From an uncultured Bacteroidota bacterium (GTDB lineage Bacteria > Bacteroidota > Rhodothermia > Rhodothermales > UBA10348), in contig CALFHN010000145.1 of the NCBI GenBank assembly GCA_937876355.1, positions 55,195 through 119,194 on the forward strand: 64,000 nt of DNA. The letters are read 5' to 3'. Position numbers and translations under genes: made by a program. The notes below the pieces were generated by a model that did no database searches, was not told the origin of the DNA, and saw only the letters and a list, made by a program, of their open reading frames with translations. The stretch's first letter is position 1. Every line of letters starts with the position of its first letter. Shown one piece after another: positions 19,715-27,701 of this stretch.

Positions 19715-20875
19715 CTAAAAAGCCGTGCCTTCACTTTGAAAGGCGACTCTAAAATAGGAGGCCACTGTGGCTGCATGGTCCGCAAAAGTAGAACGCGTTC
19801 CCAACGAGCCAACTTCGGACACGCCATAATACAACAACGGAACGAATTCCCGGCTGTGATCTGAACCTGGAGTTGTAGGGTCGTTTCCATGATCTGCAGT
19901 AATAACTAATCGTGCGTCTTCGGGAAGGCTTCCCAATAATTCAGGGATAGAACGATCAAATTCCTCCAAAGACGAGGCAAATCCTTTTGGATTATTTCGA
20001 TGACCATACTCCTGGTCGAAATCGATTAGGTTGATCCAGATAAAAGTGCGCTGATTCGATTTTACAGCTCGTTTTATGGCTTGGATCGTTTGATCAATCC
20101 CAATGGAGTTTGTCCCTGTTTTGATAGTTTCGTCAAAACCAACGCCACCGAACAAATCTGCAACTTTTCCAATCGACACGGTACGAATGCCCCCTTTTTG
20201 CAATGTCTCCTGAAGGGTAATGCGGTGTGGAAGCCTAGAAAAGTCCTTTCTTTTAGTCGACAACCTATGAAATGCCCCTGGAATGCCTTCGAACGGTCTC
20301 GCTATGACTCGGCCCACATTGTGGGGTCCAACACAAATGGTGTTTCTTGCGATTTCGCACCACGTATATAACGTTTCTAACGGCACTTTCTCAACGTGGG
20401 CAGCGATTTGAAAAACGCTATCTGCAGATGTGTAGACTATCGGCATTCCACTTTTTAGATGTTCTTCCCCACATTCCTCAATGATTGTTGTGCCTGACTC
20501 GGGTCGATTTCCCAACACGCACCTAACATTGGTCGCTCGGCAAAAGGCGGAGATGAGATCGGCCGGAAAACCACTTGAATATGTTGGAAAGGGCTCGTCA
20601 AGAAGAATTCCTGCCATTTCCCAATGCCCGGTTGTAGAATCTTTGCCAGCTGAGCTTTCGGTCATTTTCCCAAAGCTAGCAGTTGGTTTTGGATTGGCGT
20701 TCATCGACGTAAATGGCCTGATGCAACCCAATCCCATCCGCTCAAGGTGAGGCAGGGTGGGCCGTTCTTGCTCAAGTACATGACCTAGCGTGTCGCTACC
20801 CTGATCCCCATAAGCACCGGCATCTGGCTGTTCGCCGATCCCTACTCCATCCAATACAATAGTGACAAAAATCAT
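19715..20875 (-). CDS. deoB: phosphopentomutase
   Basis: IVLDGVGIG, GKDSTTGHWE, YTSADSVFQIAAH, RVIARPF and TADHGNDP...DHSRE motifs; AAGGAG upstream of MIFVTIV. Confidence 0.95.
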   Translation of the reverse strand: MIFVTIVLDGVGIGEQPDAGAYGDQGSDTLGHVLEQERPTLPHLERMGLGCIRPFTSMNANPKPTASFGKMTESSAGKDSTTGHWEMAGILLDEPFPTYSSGFPADLISAFCRATNVRCVLGNRPESGTTIIEECGEEHLKSGMPIVYTSADSVFQIAAHVEKVPLETLYTWCEIARNTICVGPHNVGRVIARPFEGIPGAFHRLSTKRKDFSRLPHRITLQETLQKGGIRTVSIGKVADLFGGVGFDETIKTGTNSIGIDQTIQAIKRAVKSNQRTFIWINLIDFDQEYGHRNNPKGFASSLEEFDRSIPELLGSLPEDARLVITADHGNDPTTPGSDHSREFVPLLYYGVSEVGSLGTRSTFADHAATVASYFRVAFQSEGTAF

Positions 20876-20886
20876 GTCGCTACTCC

Positions 20887-22200
20887 TTATTCGACAATGA
20901 TACACTCACCGGACTGAAACGCCTCTTGAAGAGCAGCTGTGACGTCAGAACGCAGTTCGTCGGCGTTTTGGTGCCGATCATTCATCACAGCTACCCCAAC
21001 GCTCACGCCACCAGGAAAGGACTCATGATCTTTTGGAAAACCTTCTTGAATTCGACTAGCCCACGCCGCTATTCCAGGATTGGCGCCGTGGTAAAAAACG
21101 CCGTATGTCAATTCACCAAATCGCTCGACTCTAGCATCGACTGCAACATTTTTTAACCGAGTGTAAAAAGCACTTTCAAGCTCAGAAACATCTTCTGAAC
21201 CATCTTCCCCACTGTTGAAATGCACCAATGCTAACGAAAGAGGATGATGCTCAGAACGCGCCCTTTCCATTTCTTCGGTAATGATTTCTCGCCGAGGTTT
21301 TAATGGAAGCGTAGCATCGAGGTCGGCCAATCCACCTTCCGCTTCTGTATCTAAAATGGTTGAAACCAAACGTGCATATTGTTCGAGTAAGACTCGTACA
21401 GAAGCGGCTTCAAGACCTACATCATTCATTGTATCCACCAACAAAATGAAAAGGTCGCCAAACTTCTTGGGTACCACCGGCACCATTGCGACTTGGCGGA
21501 CATTAATTTTTTCGTGGTAGTATCCTAGCTTCGTTTTGGGGAAACCGTTTGGACCTACTCTTGGATACACGACCGGTACCAAGGCTCTGTGTCCGGCCAA
21601 CATCGGCTCCTTAGCCGCATACGACCCTCCGTTTCGGGCATAGGAATTCTGGCTAATCATCACTTCGATATGGTATCGAAGGGGTATATCTTCCTGACGA
21701 AGCAAACATACGGTGTTGGCATCGATGGAAGCGCGTAGAGAATGCAAGGCGGGAATTAAAACGTCTGCGAACGACTGCGACGATGCCTCTGAGACCATAA
21801 TTCGGGACCGGGGCGCCATCGTCCTAGGTTTGCCAATTACGGGTGACTCAGCAGATCCAATGGGAATATCAGTCGGATTGGAGCTGAATTCATACGAATC
21901 GCCAACGGTGAAATCATCGAAGTCACCGTCAATTCCTTCCGTTTGTTTAGGGCCTCCTGAAGCCGAGTGGGCGGGCTTGATATCTACAATCCCAAGCGAG
22001 GCAAGGTCTTCCTCAGGTTGCTCTGGAGCGCGCATATATGCTCCTGGGGCATCTTTGTGACGTCGCCTCATTTTTGCAGTAATCACTGCCGCAGCCGCAA
22101 CAACAAGCACTACAGCTAAAACGTAAAGCCTCCAATCTCCCAGGACAATGGCCAATGAGACAGATACTATTGCTAGAATGATAAACAGAACGCGGAGCAT
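20887..22200 (-). CDS. membrane-anchored GAF-like plus degenerate GGDEF-like domain protein
   Basis: Two N-terminal TMs, acidic linker, GAF-like middle (QVAMVPV...ILLVD), C-terminal PLSLALVH...ERFGELTYGV...VSVGVA without a GGDEF motif. Confidence 0.6.
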   Translation of the reverse strand: MLRVLFIILAIVSVSLAIVLGDWRLYVLAVVLVVAAAAVITAKMRRRHKDAPGAYMRAPEQPEEDLASLGIVDIKPAHSASGGPKQTEGIDGDFDDFTVGDSYEFSSNPTDIPIGSAESPVIGKPRTMAPRSRIMVSEASSQSFADVLIPALHSLRASIDANTVCLLRQEDIPLRYHIEVMISQNSYARNGGSYAAKEPMLAGHRALVPVVYPRVGPNGFPKTKLGYYHEKINVRQVAMVPVVPKKFGDLFILLVDTMNDVGLEAASVRVLLEQYARLVSTILDTEAEGGLADLDATLPLKPRREIITEEMERARSEHHPLSLALVHFNSGEDGSEDVSELESAFYTRLKNVAVDARVERFGELTYGVFYHGANPGIAAWASRIQEGFPKDHESFPGGVSVGVAVMNDRHQNADELRSDVTAALQEAFQSGECIIVE

Positions 22201-22405
22201 CCGAGGTCCAAAAAGGATAAATGAATGACAAAATCTGCAGTCTTCGCAAGCTATTGGCGCCCATAGCAAAAGTCAATTAAACCTTAAATAGATATTGACT
22301 CTCTTTGATACAAATATCTCACTTTAATTGATATTCCTCTCACATTTGGGATGGGAAAACATCATTTGAACCATTTTACACGGTTTTGTGCAAAAATACG
22401 AGTTT

Positions 22406-22422
22406 TGGCACGGCATTTGAAA
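22406..22422 (+). promoter_or_regulatory. sigma-54 -24/-12 promoter-like element (P1)
   Basis: TGGCACGGCATTTGAAA: matches TGGCACG-N4-TTG with A in place of C at -12. Confidence 0.65.
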
Positions 22423-22431
22423 TAGTTGGAA

Positions 22432-22595
22432 ATAACAATTGAGATCGAGACATCGTGGATTATGAAATCCTCCTTGGTTACTCCCACGATTTCACTGATC
22501 TGTCTTAATTGTCCTTGATATGTCGTCTGGACGCCTCTCTAGATGGCTCTTGAAAATCCCCCTCGAAGTGGTTATTCGGGGGGGATTTTCGCTTT
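22432..22595 (+). ncRNA. candidate structured small RNA
   Basis: Lies between P1 and a terminator-like hairpin; three consecutive stems, two with G-U pairs that form only on the plus strand. Confidence 0.45.
22552..22595 (+). terminator. terminator-like hairpin
   Basis: GAAAATCCCCCTCGAA-gtggtta-TTCGGGGGGATTTTC followed by GCTTTT. Confidence 0.7.
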
Positions 22596-22651
22596 TACCG
22601 TCTCCTTCGTGCCCTTTCGAAACGTTTGGGTCGCTTAGTTCAAAATGAGAC

Positions 22652-22668
22652 TGGCACGGCTTTTGAAA
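22652..22668 (+). promoter_or_regulatory. sigma-54 -24/-12 promoter-like element (P2) for the T9SS protein
   Basis: TGGCACGGCTTTTGAAA; 16/17 identical to P1. Confidence 0.65.
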
Positions 22669-22803
22669 GACGCTATTCGCTTGTGCAAAAAAGCGCAAGA
22701 CCTTACCAAAACTACTTCCATAATGCGACACAACTTGACTCCCTCACCATTTGATCACGCTTTTACAAGCGGTACCAAACAGCTCAAGTCTGTCGAAATC
22801 ACT

Positions 22804-25800
22804 ATGCGTTCTATCATTCCCGTTTTCGGAAATATGTTCAAATTTGCCTCTTTCCTGGTTGTTTTGGCCTTTATTCTGGCAGCCCTACCGGCTGAATCAG
22901 AATCCACAACCTATGAAGCGCCTATCGTGGCGTGTAAGTTGGAAGGCGCAGCAATTGGCGTAAATGGTTCTACCGTTGTTGTCAACGGAGTCACCATCAC
23001 ATTCTCAAATTGGATTCCCAAAGTGGGATCGCCTGGGGAATTTGTGGGATTCACGATTGATAAATCAGGTTATACATTTACTGTAAAAGCAGGAAATGAA
23101 CTATTATCTGGAATGGGTACGACATGGAGTAACCCAAACGGTACCTCTGGTTCAACCGTAAACGCCATCTCGAATGTCAGTTTCTGTATGAACGACGGAG
23201 ATCCGAATGACGAAGCGCTTTGCTACCTGATTGCGGACAACGATGGTTTTGGAAACAACAGCCCAGATGGTCTAACAAAGCTAAATGAAGTGTTTACAGA
23301 ACTATCAATTGGTCTGACAGGGACGGATCATATTGAAGCTCTTACACAAGACACTTCTACAGGTATTTTATACGGTTCTGATGACAAACGTTTTGGTAGT
23401 CTCAACATTTCAACCGGTGCCTTTACATTTATTGGCAACTTTGGCTCAGGCAACGGCGCTCAAGGAAGTATCGATTTCTTGGATATCGATGGACTCGCTT
23501 ACGACCCGTTTACAAAAAAAATGTATGCTGCGGTTCGTCGTGTCGGAAAGGACGATGTGCTGATTCGGGTTAACATTGCCACAGGAGCAGCGATTGTCGA
23601 CGCCTTCGGACCTGGTAATACCTATGTCGTAGTTGAGAAAATAAACGGCCTACAGGATATTGACGATATCGCCATCTCTACTCGAAATGGTGTGATGTAT
23701 GCGATACAAAATAATGATGGTAACGACTCGCGCCTCATCACTATTAACAAAGCTACCGGAGCCACTACCGACATTGGAGACCTAGACGTACCAAACGTTG
23801 AAGGTCTTGGCTTTCATCCCGACGGCCGCTTGCTTGGCGTTAATGGCGACTCGCACCGCTCTGTAATGCAGATTCCGATTGACCCCTTTACAGGCGTTAC
23901 GATTCCAGTATCTAGCTTGGGAATTAACGGATGGCTAGACTACGAAGGCATTTCATGTTTGACCGAGACCGACAACAAGATTCAAGGAACGGTCTTAGTT
24001 CAGCCTGACTACATCGATCTTATGTTGGATAAAGATGCCGCCGTTACGGTTGATGCCAACTCAGACCAAATTCAATACACTGTTACGGTAACTAATGACA
24101 ATACTCATCCTGTTGTAGGTCCAAATGCTCCAGCCGGAACTGGACTCGCAGGCGTAACCGTTAAATTGTACCGTGACAACAACATCGTTGGTGTATATGA
24201 TGGGAACGACGACTTTCTTGCATCAACCGTTACGGGGCCAGGTGGAACGTATGAATTCCCAATCTCGGCCAACGGAGACTTTATTGTCACGGTTGATCTA
24301 AACGATAATACAGACTTTTTGTACGCAGCCGCCCACGGTGGTGTCCAAGTGTACGATGGTGCACTATGGTCAACCGTTGGAGCCGGATCTAATCCGTTCA
24401 TCGGAGAGCAAGTACTTGCTGTTGTGTTTGATGAAAACAACAACCGAGTCTTTGCAAGTTCTGCAGCATCTGGGATTCAGAAATTCCAGGGTGGGATTTG
24501 GACGGCTGTAAATTCAGGCTTACCAACTGGTAAGATTAATGAACTATTCCGCGGTCCCAACGGCGAAATTCTGGCTGGAACCAATTCGGATGGTGTTTAC
24601 ATCTTCGGCGGAGCCACATGGGCTCAATTTGGAACCGGGCTGGACAACGAACCAATCGAAAGCCTTGGTTCTGGTCCAAATGGTGAGTTGTTGGCTGGAG
24701 CCCGTGAGTCGGGTGCGTATTTCTACAACTTCATCACCAACGCTTGGGTATCCATTGGAAATCTGCCAATCTTTACCGTTGCGTCTATGACGGCTGGTCC
24801 GATGGGCGAAATTTATGCTGGCGCTCCTGGCGAAGGGATCTATGTGATTACCGACACCAATTTCGACGGCATTCCAGACGTTGCTTACCAAGTAGCTAAC
24901 TTCATGACGAGTGCAGTAATTCAGGACATCGTAGTAGCTCCGAATGGCGACATGTGGGCCGCTACCTACGGTTACGGAATTCTGTATTCAAATGATGGTG
25001 GTCACTGTTGGACACGCATGAACCGCGGATTGAACAACCTCTGGACGTTTGCTATCGAACGCGCTTCGGATGGCACCCTATTCATCGGCATTTGGGCCGA
25101 CGGAAAAGGCGGTATTTGGCGCTCACGTGACGGTGCACGCAATTGGGAATTCCTCGCGCTTCCGACGCGTCAGATCATTGCTTTGGCAATTGATCCCAAC
25201 AATGAGAACGTCATCTACGCTGGTGCAAATATTGCCGGCGAAGGCGCGCTCTTCCAGTCTACTGATGGAGGAGATACCTGGCACTCACAGGGCCAATTCA
25301 TTCAGCCTGTTTGGTCGGTAACCATCGATCCAGACAACTCTGACCACATCTTGGTTGGTACGCTAGGCGATGGTATCCACGAATCATTTGATACTGGCTT
25401 TACATTTGCCCCAATGGGCGGTCCGGTCAATGGTTTGGCCAATCCATATGTGTTTGACATGGCATATGCACCATTCGGTACACCTTATGCAGGACAACTG
25501 TTTGCGGCCACCGATTCGGGTATGTACCGTTACGATGTGTTCACGAGCACGTGGTCATTATTCGGTATCGGTAGCGAGGCATTCCAATTCCGTACCATGG
25601 CGTTCTCAGGAACGACTATCTTTGGAGGTACTTGGAACGCAGGTGTTATTGAATACGATGCATTGACCAATGAATGGAGCGACTTCGGTCTCTCAGACAT
25701 GCCGGTTATTGCATTTGCAGTACATCCTCAAAGCCAGACTTTGATAATTGGAACGAGCGGATCAGGTGTCTTCTTGTCAACCAACTTCCGCGTCTCGACT

Positions 25801-26100
25801 GCTATCGAAGACGAAATTGTTGGAAGTGAAATCCCAACAAGCTTCAGCTTGGAGGCCAATTATCCAAACCCATTCAATCCTCAGACCACAATTCCTTTCA
25901 GCGTACAAACTACGGGTCAAGTTCGCCTTGCCGTCTACGACATGCTGGGACGCGAAATAGGACTGTTGATTGACGGAGCACTCGCCGCAGGACAGCACCA
26001 AGTTACTTGGGAAGCTGGCGACCGTCCGAGCGGGTCCTACTTGGTCCGCATGGATGCCGGTGGTCAGACCTTCACACGGACCATGGTACTTCTCAAGTAG
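22804..26100 (+). CDS. large secreted beta-propeller / Ig-like protein with T9SS type A C-terminal sorting domain
   Basis: Signal-peptide-like N-terminus, repeated DGLAYDP/DDIA/EGLGF blades, BNR/Asp-box repeats (SNDGG..W, SRDGA..W, STDGG..W), C-terminal NYPNPFNPQTTI...YDMLGRE...MVLLK. Start moved downstream of P2; alternatives are 22723 and 22834. Confidence 0.88.
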   Translation: MRSIIPVFGNMFKFASFLVVLAFILAALPAESESTTYEAPIVACKLEGAAIGVNGSTVVVNGVTITFSNWIPKVGSPGEFVGFTIDKSGYTFTVKAGNELLSGMGTTWSNPNGTSGSTVNAISNVSFCMNDGDPNDEALCYLIADNDGFGNNSPDGLTKLNEVFTELSIGLTGTDHIEALTQDTSTGILYGSDDKRFGSLNISTGAFTFIGNFGSGNGAQGSIDFLDIDGLAYDPFTKKMYAAVRRVGKDDVLIRVNIATGAAIVDAFGPGNTYVVVEKINGLQDIDDIAISTRNGVMYAIQNNDGNDSRLITINKATGATTDIGDLDVPNVEGLGFHPDGRLLGVNGDSHRSVMQIPIDPFTGVTIPVSSLGINGWLDYEGISCLTETDNKIQGTVLVQPDYIDLMLDKDAAVTVDANSDQIQYTVTVTNDNTHPVVGPNAPAGTGLAGVTVKLYRDNNIVGVYDGNDDFLASTVTGPGGTYEFPISANGDFIVTVDLNDNTDFLYAAAHGGVQVYDGALWSTVGAGSNPFIGEQVLAVVFDENNNRVFASSAASGIQKFQGGIWTAVNSGLPTGKINELFRGPNGEILAGTNSDGVYIFGGATWAQFGTGLDNEPIESLGSGPNGELLAGARESGAYFYNFITNAWVSIGNLPIFTVASMTAGPMGEIYAGAPGEGIYVITDTNFDGIPDVAYQVANFMTSAVIQDIVVAPNGDMWAATYGYGILYSNDGGHCWTRMNRGLNNLWTFAIERASDGTLFIGIWADGKGGIWRSRDGARNWEFLALPTRQIIALAIDPNNENVIYAGANIAGEGALFQSTDGGDTWHSQGQFIQPVWSVTIDPDNSDHILVGTLGDGIHESFDTGFTFAPMGGPVNGLANPYVFDMAYAPFGTPYAGQLFAATDSGMYRYDVFTSTWSLFGIGSEAFQFRTMAFSGTTIFGGTWNAGVIEYDALTNEWSDFGLSDMPVIAFAVHPQSQTLIIGTSGSGVFLSTNFRVSTAIEDEIVGSEIPTSFSLEANYPNPFNPQTTIPFSVQTTGQVRLAVYDMLGREIGLLIDGALAAGQHQVTWEAGDRPSGSYLVRMDAGGQTFTRTMVLLK

Positions 26101-26130
26101 TCTCGTCGTGTGTGCGATATTCGATTTTAG

Positions 26131-26165
26131 GTGGGTTCCTGCCGAGAGGCAGGAGCCCACTCTTG
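26131..26165 (+). terminator. terminator-like hairpin after the T9SS gene
   Basis: GTGGGTTCCTGCC-GAGA-GGCAGGAGCCCAC (GNRA loop); weak U tract. Confidence 0.65.
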
Positions 26166-26218
26166 AATCCCTCCCGACCTAGGATTAAGAACACACTTTT
26201 AGCTCTAACTCGTTCAGA

Positions 26219-26440
26219 ATGAAAATTGGGGTGATTGATATGTTTGACAGCTTGCCAGTTTTAGGACCAAGGACCAACTACTCCCCAACCAGCGCCACGA
26301 TTTATGCCGTCCAACAGCGTCAAGTTGTTGAAAATGGAGAAAAAGGCACCGGCGAACGAAAATCCAAGCCATTCAAAGCAGACAAACCTGCTCAGCGGAA
26401 AACACGTCGTAAAAATCGTAGCTCAGTTTCGGCCTATTGA
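26219..26440 (+). CDS. small basic hypothetical protein
   Basis: 73-aa ORF filling the space between two hairpins; no recognisable motif. Confidence 0.4.
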   Translation: MKIGVIDMFDSLPVLGPRTNYSPTSATIYAVQQRQVVENGEKGTGERKSKPFKADKPAQRKTRRKNRSSVSAY

Positions 26441-26499
26441 GGTGAACAAGAGCCATTCCGGCTTAGCGGAATAGACACAAAATTTGAGAGGGTCGGTTC

Positions 26500-26548
26500 G
26501 CGGCGGCTGGATTGGGTTTTTACCCAACCCAGCCGCCGCTTCCATTTT
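26500..26548. terminator. hairpin between convergent genes
   Basis: GCGGCGGCTGGATTGGGT-tttt-ACCCAACCCAGCCGCCGC followed by TTCCATTTT. Confidence 0.7.
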
Positions 26549-26570
26549 TACCAGAGATCCTCTCACCCGG

Positions 26571-27701
26571 TTACTTTACAAAGGAATCCATTTCCGGAAG
26601 CCCTATTGGGACTTGCCCAGGTAGCGGGGCTTCGTTCATTTCGACCCAAATATCGCCACGGGTGGATTTCATAACTACCCCTTCGGCGTTGCGACCCAGC
26701 ACATAGTCGCGAGTTAGGGGCACTTTGCCAAAGGGCGTATCAAGAACATATTTCGGAATCGCAAAACCGGTTAGCCGACCCTGTAGTTCGTGCATGATGT
26801 GCATTCCGACTTCGATGGGCGTGCGAAGGTGCGCCGTTCCTCCAATAAGTTGGGCCTGATACAGATAATATGGCCTGATGCGCATGCGAACGAGGCCCTG
26901 ACAAAGTTCGCGCATCGTTTCAACCGAATCATTGATACCCTTAAGCAACACCGTTTGGTTACCAACCGGAACTCCAGCCCTGAGCAACCTGTCGATGGCC
27001 GCGCCCGCCTCTGGGGTCAGTTCATTTGGGTGATTGAAGTGGGTATTGAACCAAATTGGATGGTGTTTCGACAACACCTCACAAAGCTCGGGAGTAATGC
27101 GTTGTGGCAACTTGACGGGCATTCTCGAACCGATCCGGATTAGGTCGACGTGAGGAATAGCCCGAAGTTCAGTCAGGAGCCAATCAATGTTTGCGTCGCC
27201 AAGCGTTAGTGGATCGCCGCCGGTAAGCAGAACGTCTCGAATCTCGGAATGGGCCGCAATGTAGGCTATGGCCTCACGTAATTCGCCTTTTCGCATCATG
27301 AATTCGGCCTCGCCGACCATCCGTTTACGAAGGCAATACCTACAATAAATGGCGCACTGACTGGTCACACAAAAAGCGACCCGATCTGGATAGTTATGAA
27401 TTAAATTTTTGACCGGAGAATGGGCCACCTCCTCTAGCGGATCTTCCATTCCCACCACATCGGGTGCCAGTTCATCCATTAATGGCACAACTTGGCGACG
27501 AATCGGGCAGTTTGGATCCGATGGATCCATCAATGAAGCATAGTAGGGGGTGATGGACCACTGAAAAACGTCTTTTGTGGCCTCAATGGCCTCGGATTCC
27601 GTCTCAGAGGGTTGGATATACTCCCTCAAGGCCATCTCGGAATCAATCCGATGCCTCATGTGCCAACGCCAATCATTCCACTGTTCCGCCGTGTATTTCA
27701 A
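26571..27701 (-). CDS. KamA-family radical SAM/PLP amino-acid 2,3-aminomutase (substrate uncertain)
   Basis: WNDWRWH, ITPYY, YPDRV, CAIYCRYC, LTGGDPL, THFNHP, NQTVLLKGIND and PYYLYQ motifs; TTG start overlaps the upstream stop. Confidence 0.92.
   Translation of the reverse strand: MKYTAEQWNDWRWHMRHRIDSEMALREYIQPSETESEAIEATKDVFQWSITPYYASLMDPSDPNCPIRRQVVPLMDELAPDVVGMEDPLEEVAHSPVKNLIHNYPDRVAFCVTSQCAIYCRYCLRKRMVGEAEFMMRKGELREAIAYIAAHSEIRDVLLTGGDPLTLGDANIDWLLTELRAIPHVDLIRIGSRMPVKLPQRITPELCEVLSKHHPIWFNTHFNHPNELTPEAGAAIDRLLRAGVPVGNQTVLLKGINDSVETMRELCQGLVRMRIRPYYLYQAQLIGGTAHLRTPIEVGMHIMHELQGRLTGFAIPKYVLDTPFGKVPLTRDYVLGRNAEGVVMKSTRGDIWVEMNEAPLPGQVPIGLPEMDSFVK

Noticed and set aside
22432-22595. Identification of the candidate RNA as 6S, SRP, tmRNA or a known riboswitch
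   Set aside because: It forms three separate stems rather than one long rod with a central bubble, and I saw none of the diagnostic motifs; left unassigned.
22645-22803. ORF-track N-terminus (MRLARLLK...) of the T9SS protein
   Set aside because: It overlaps promoter-like element P2 and lies upstream of the signal-peptide-like segment, so a later start is more plausible.
26438-26472. TGA followed by a hairpin as a selenocysteine SECIS
   Set aside because: There is no redox-motif context, and read-through would cross a terminator hairpin and run antisense into the aminomutase gene.
26571-27701. Calling the gene kamA/ablA or epmB
   Set aside because: Substrate-determining residues differ and the expected partner genes are absent, so no symbol was assigned.
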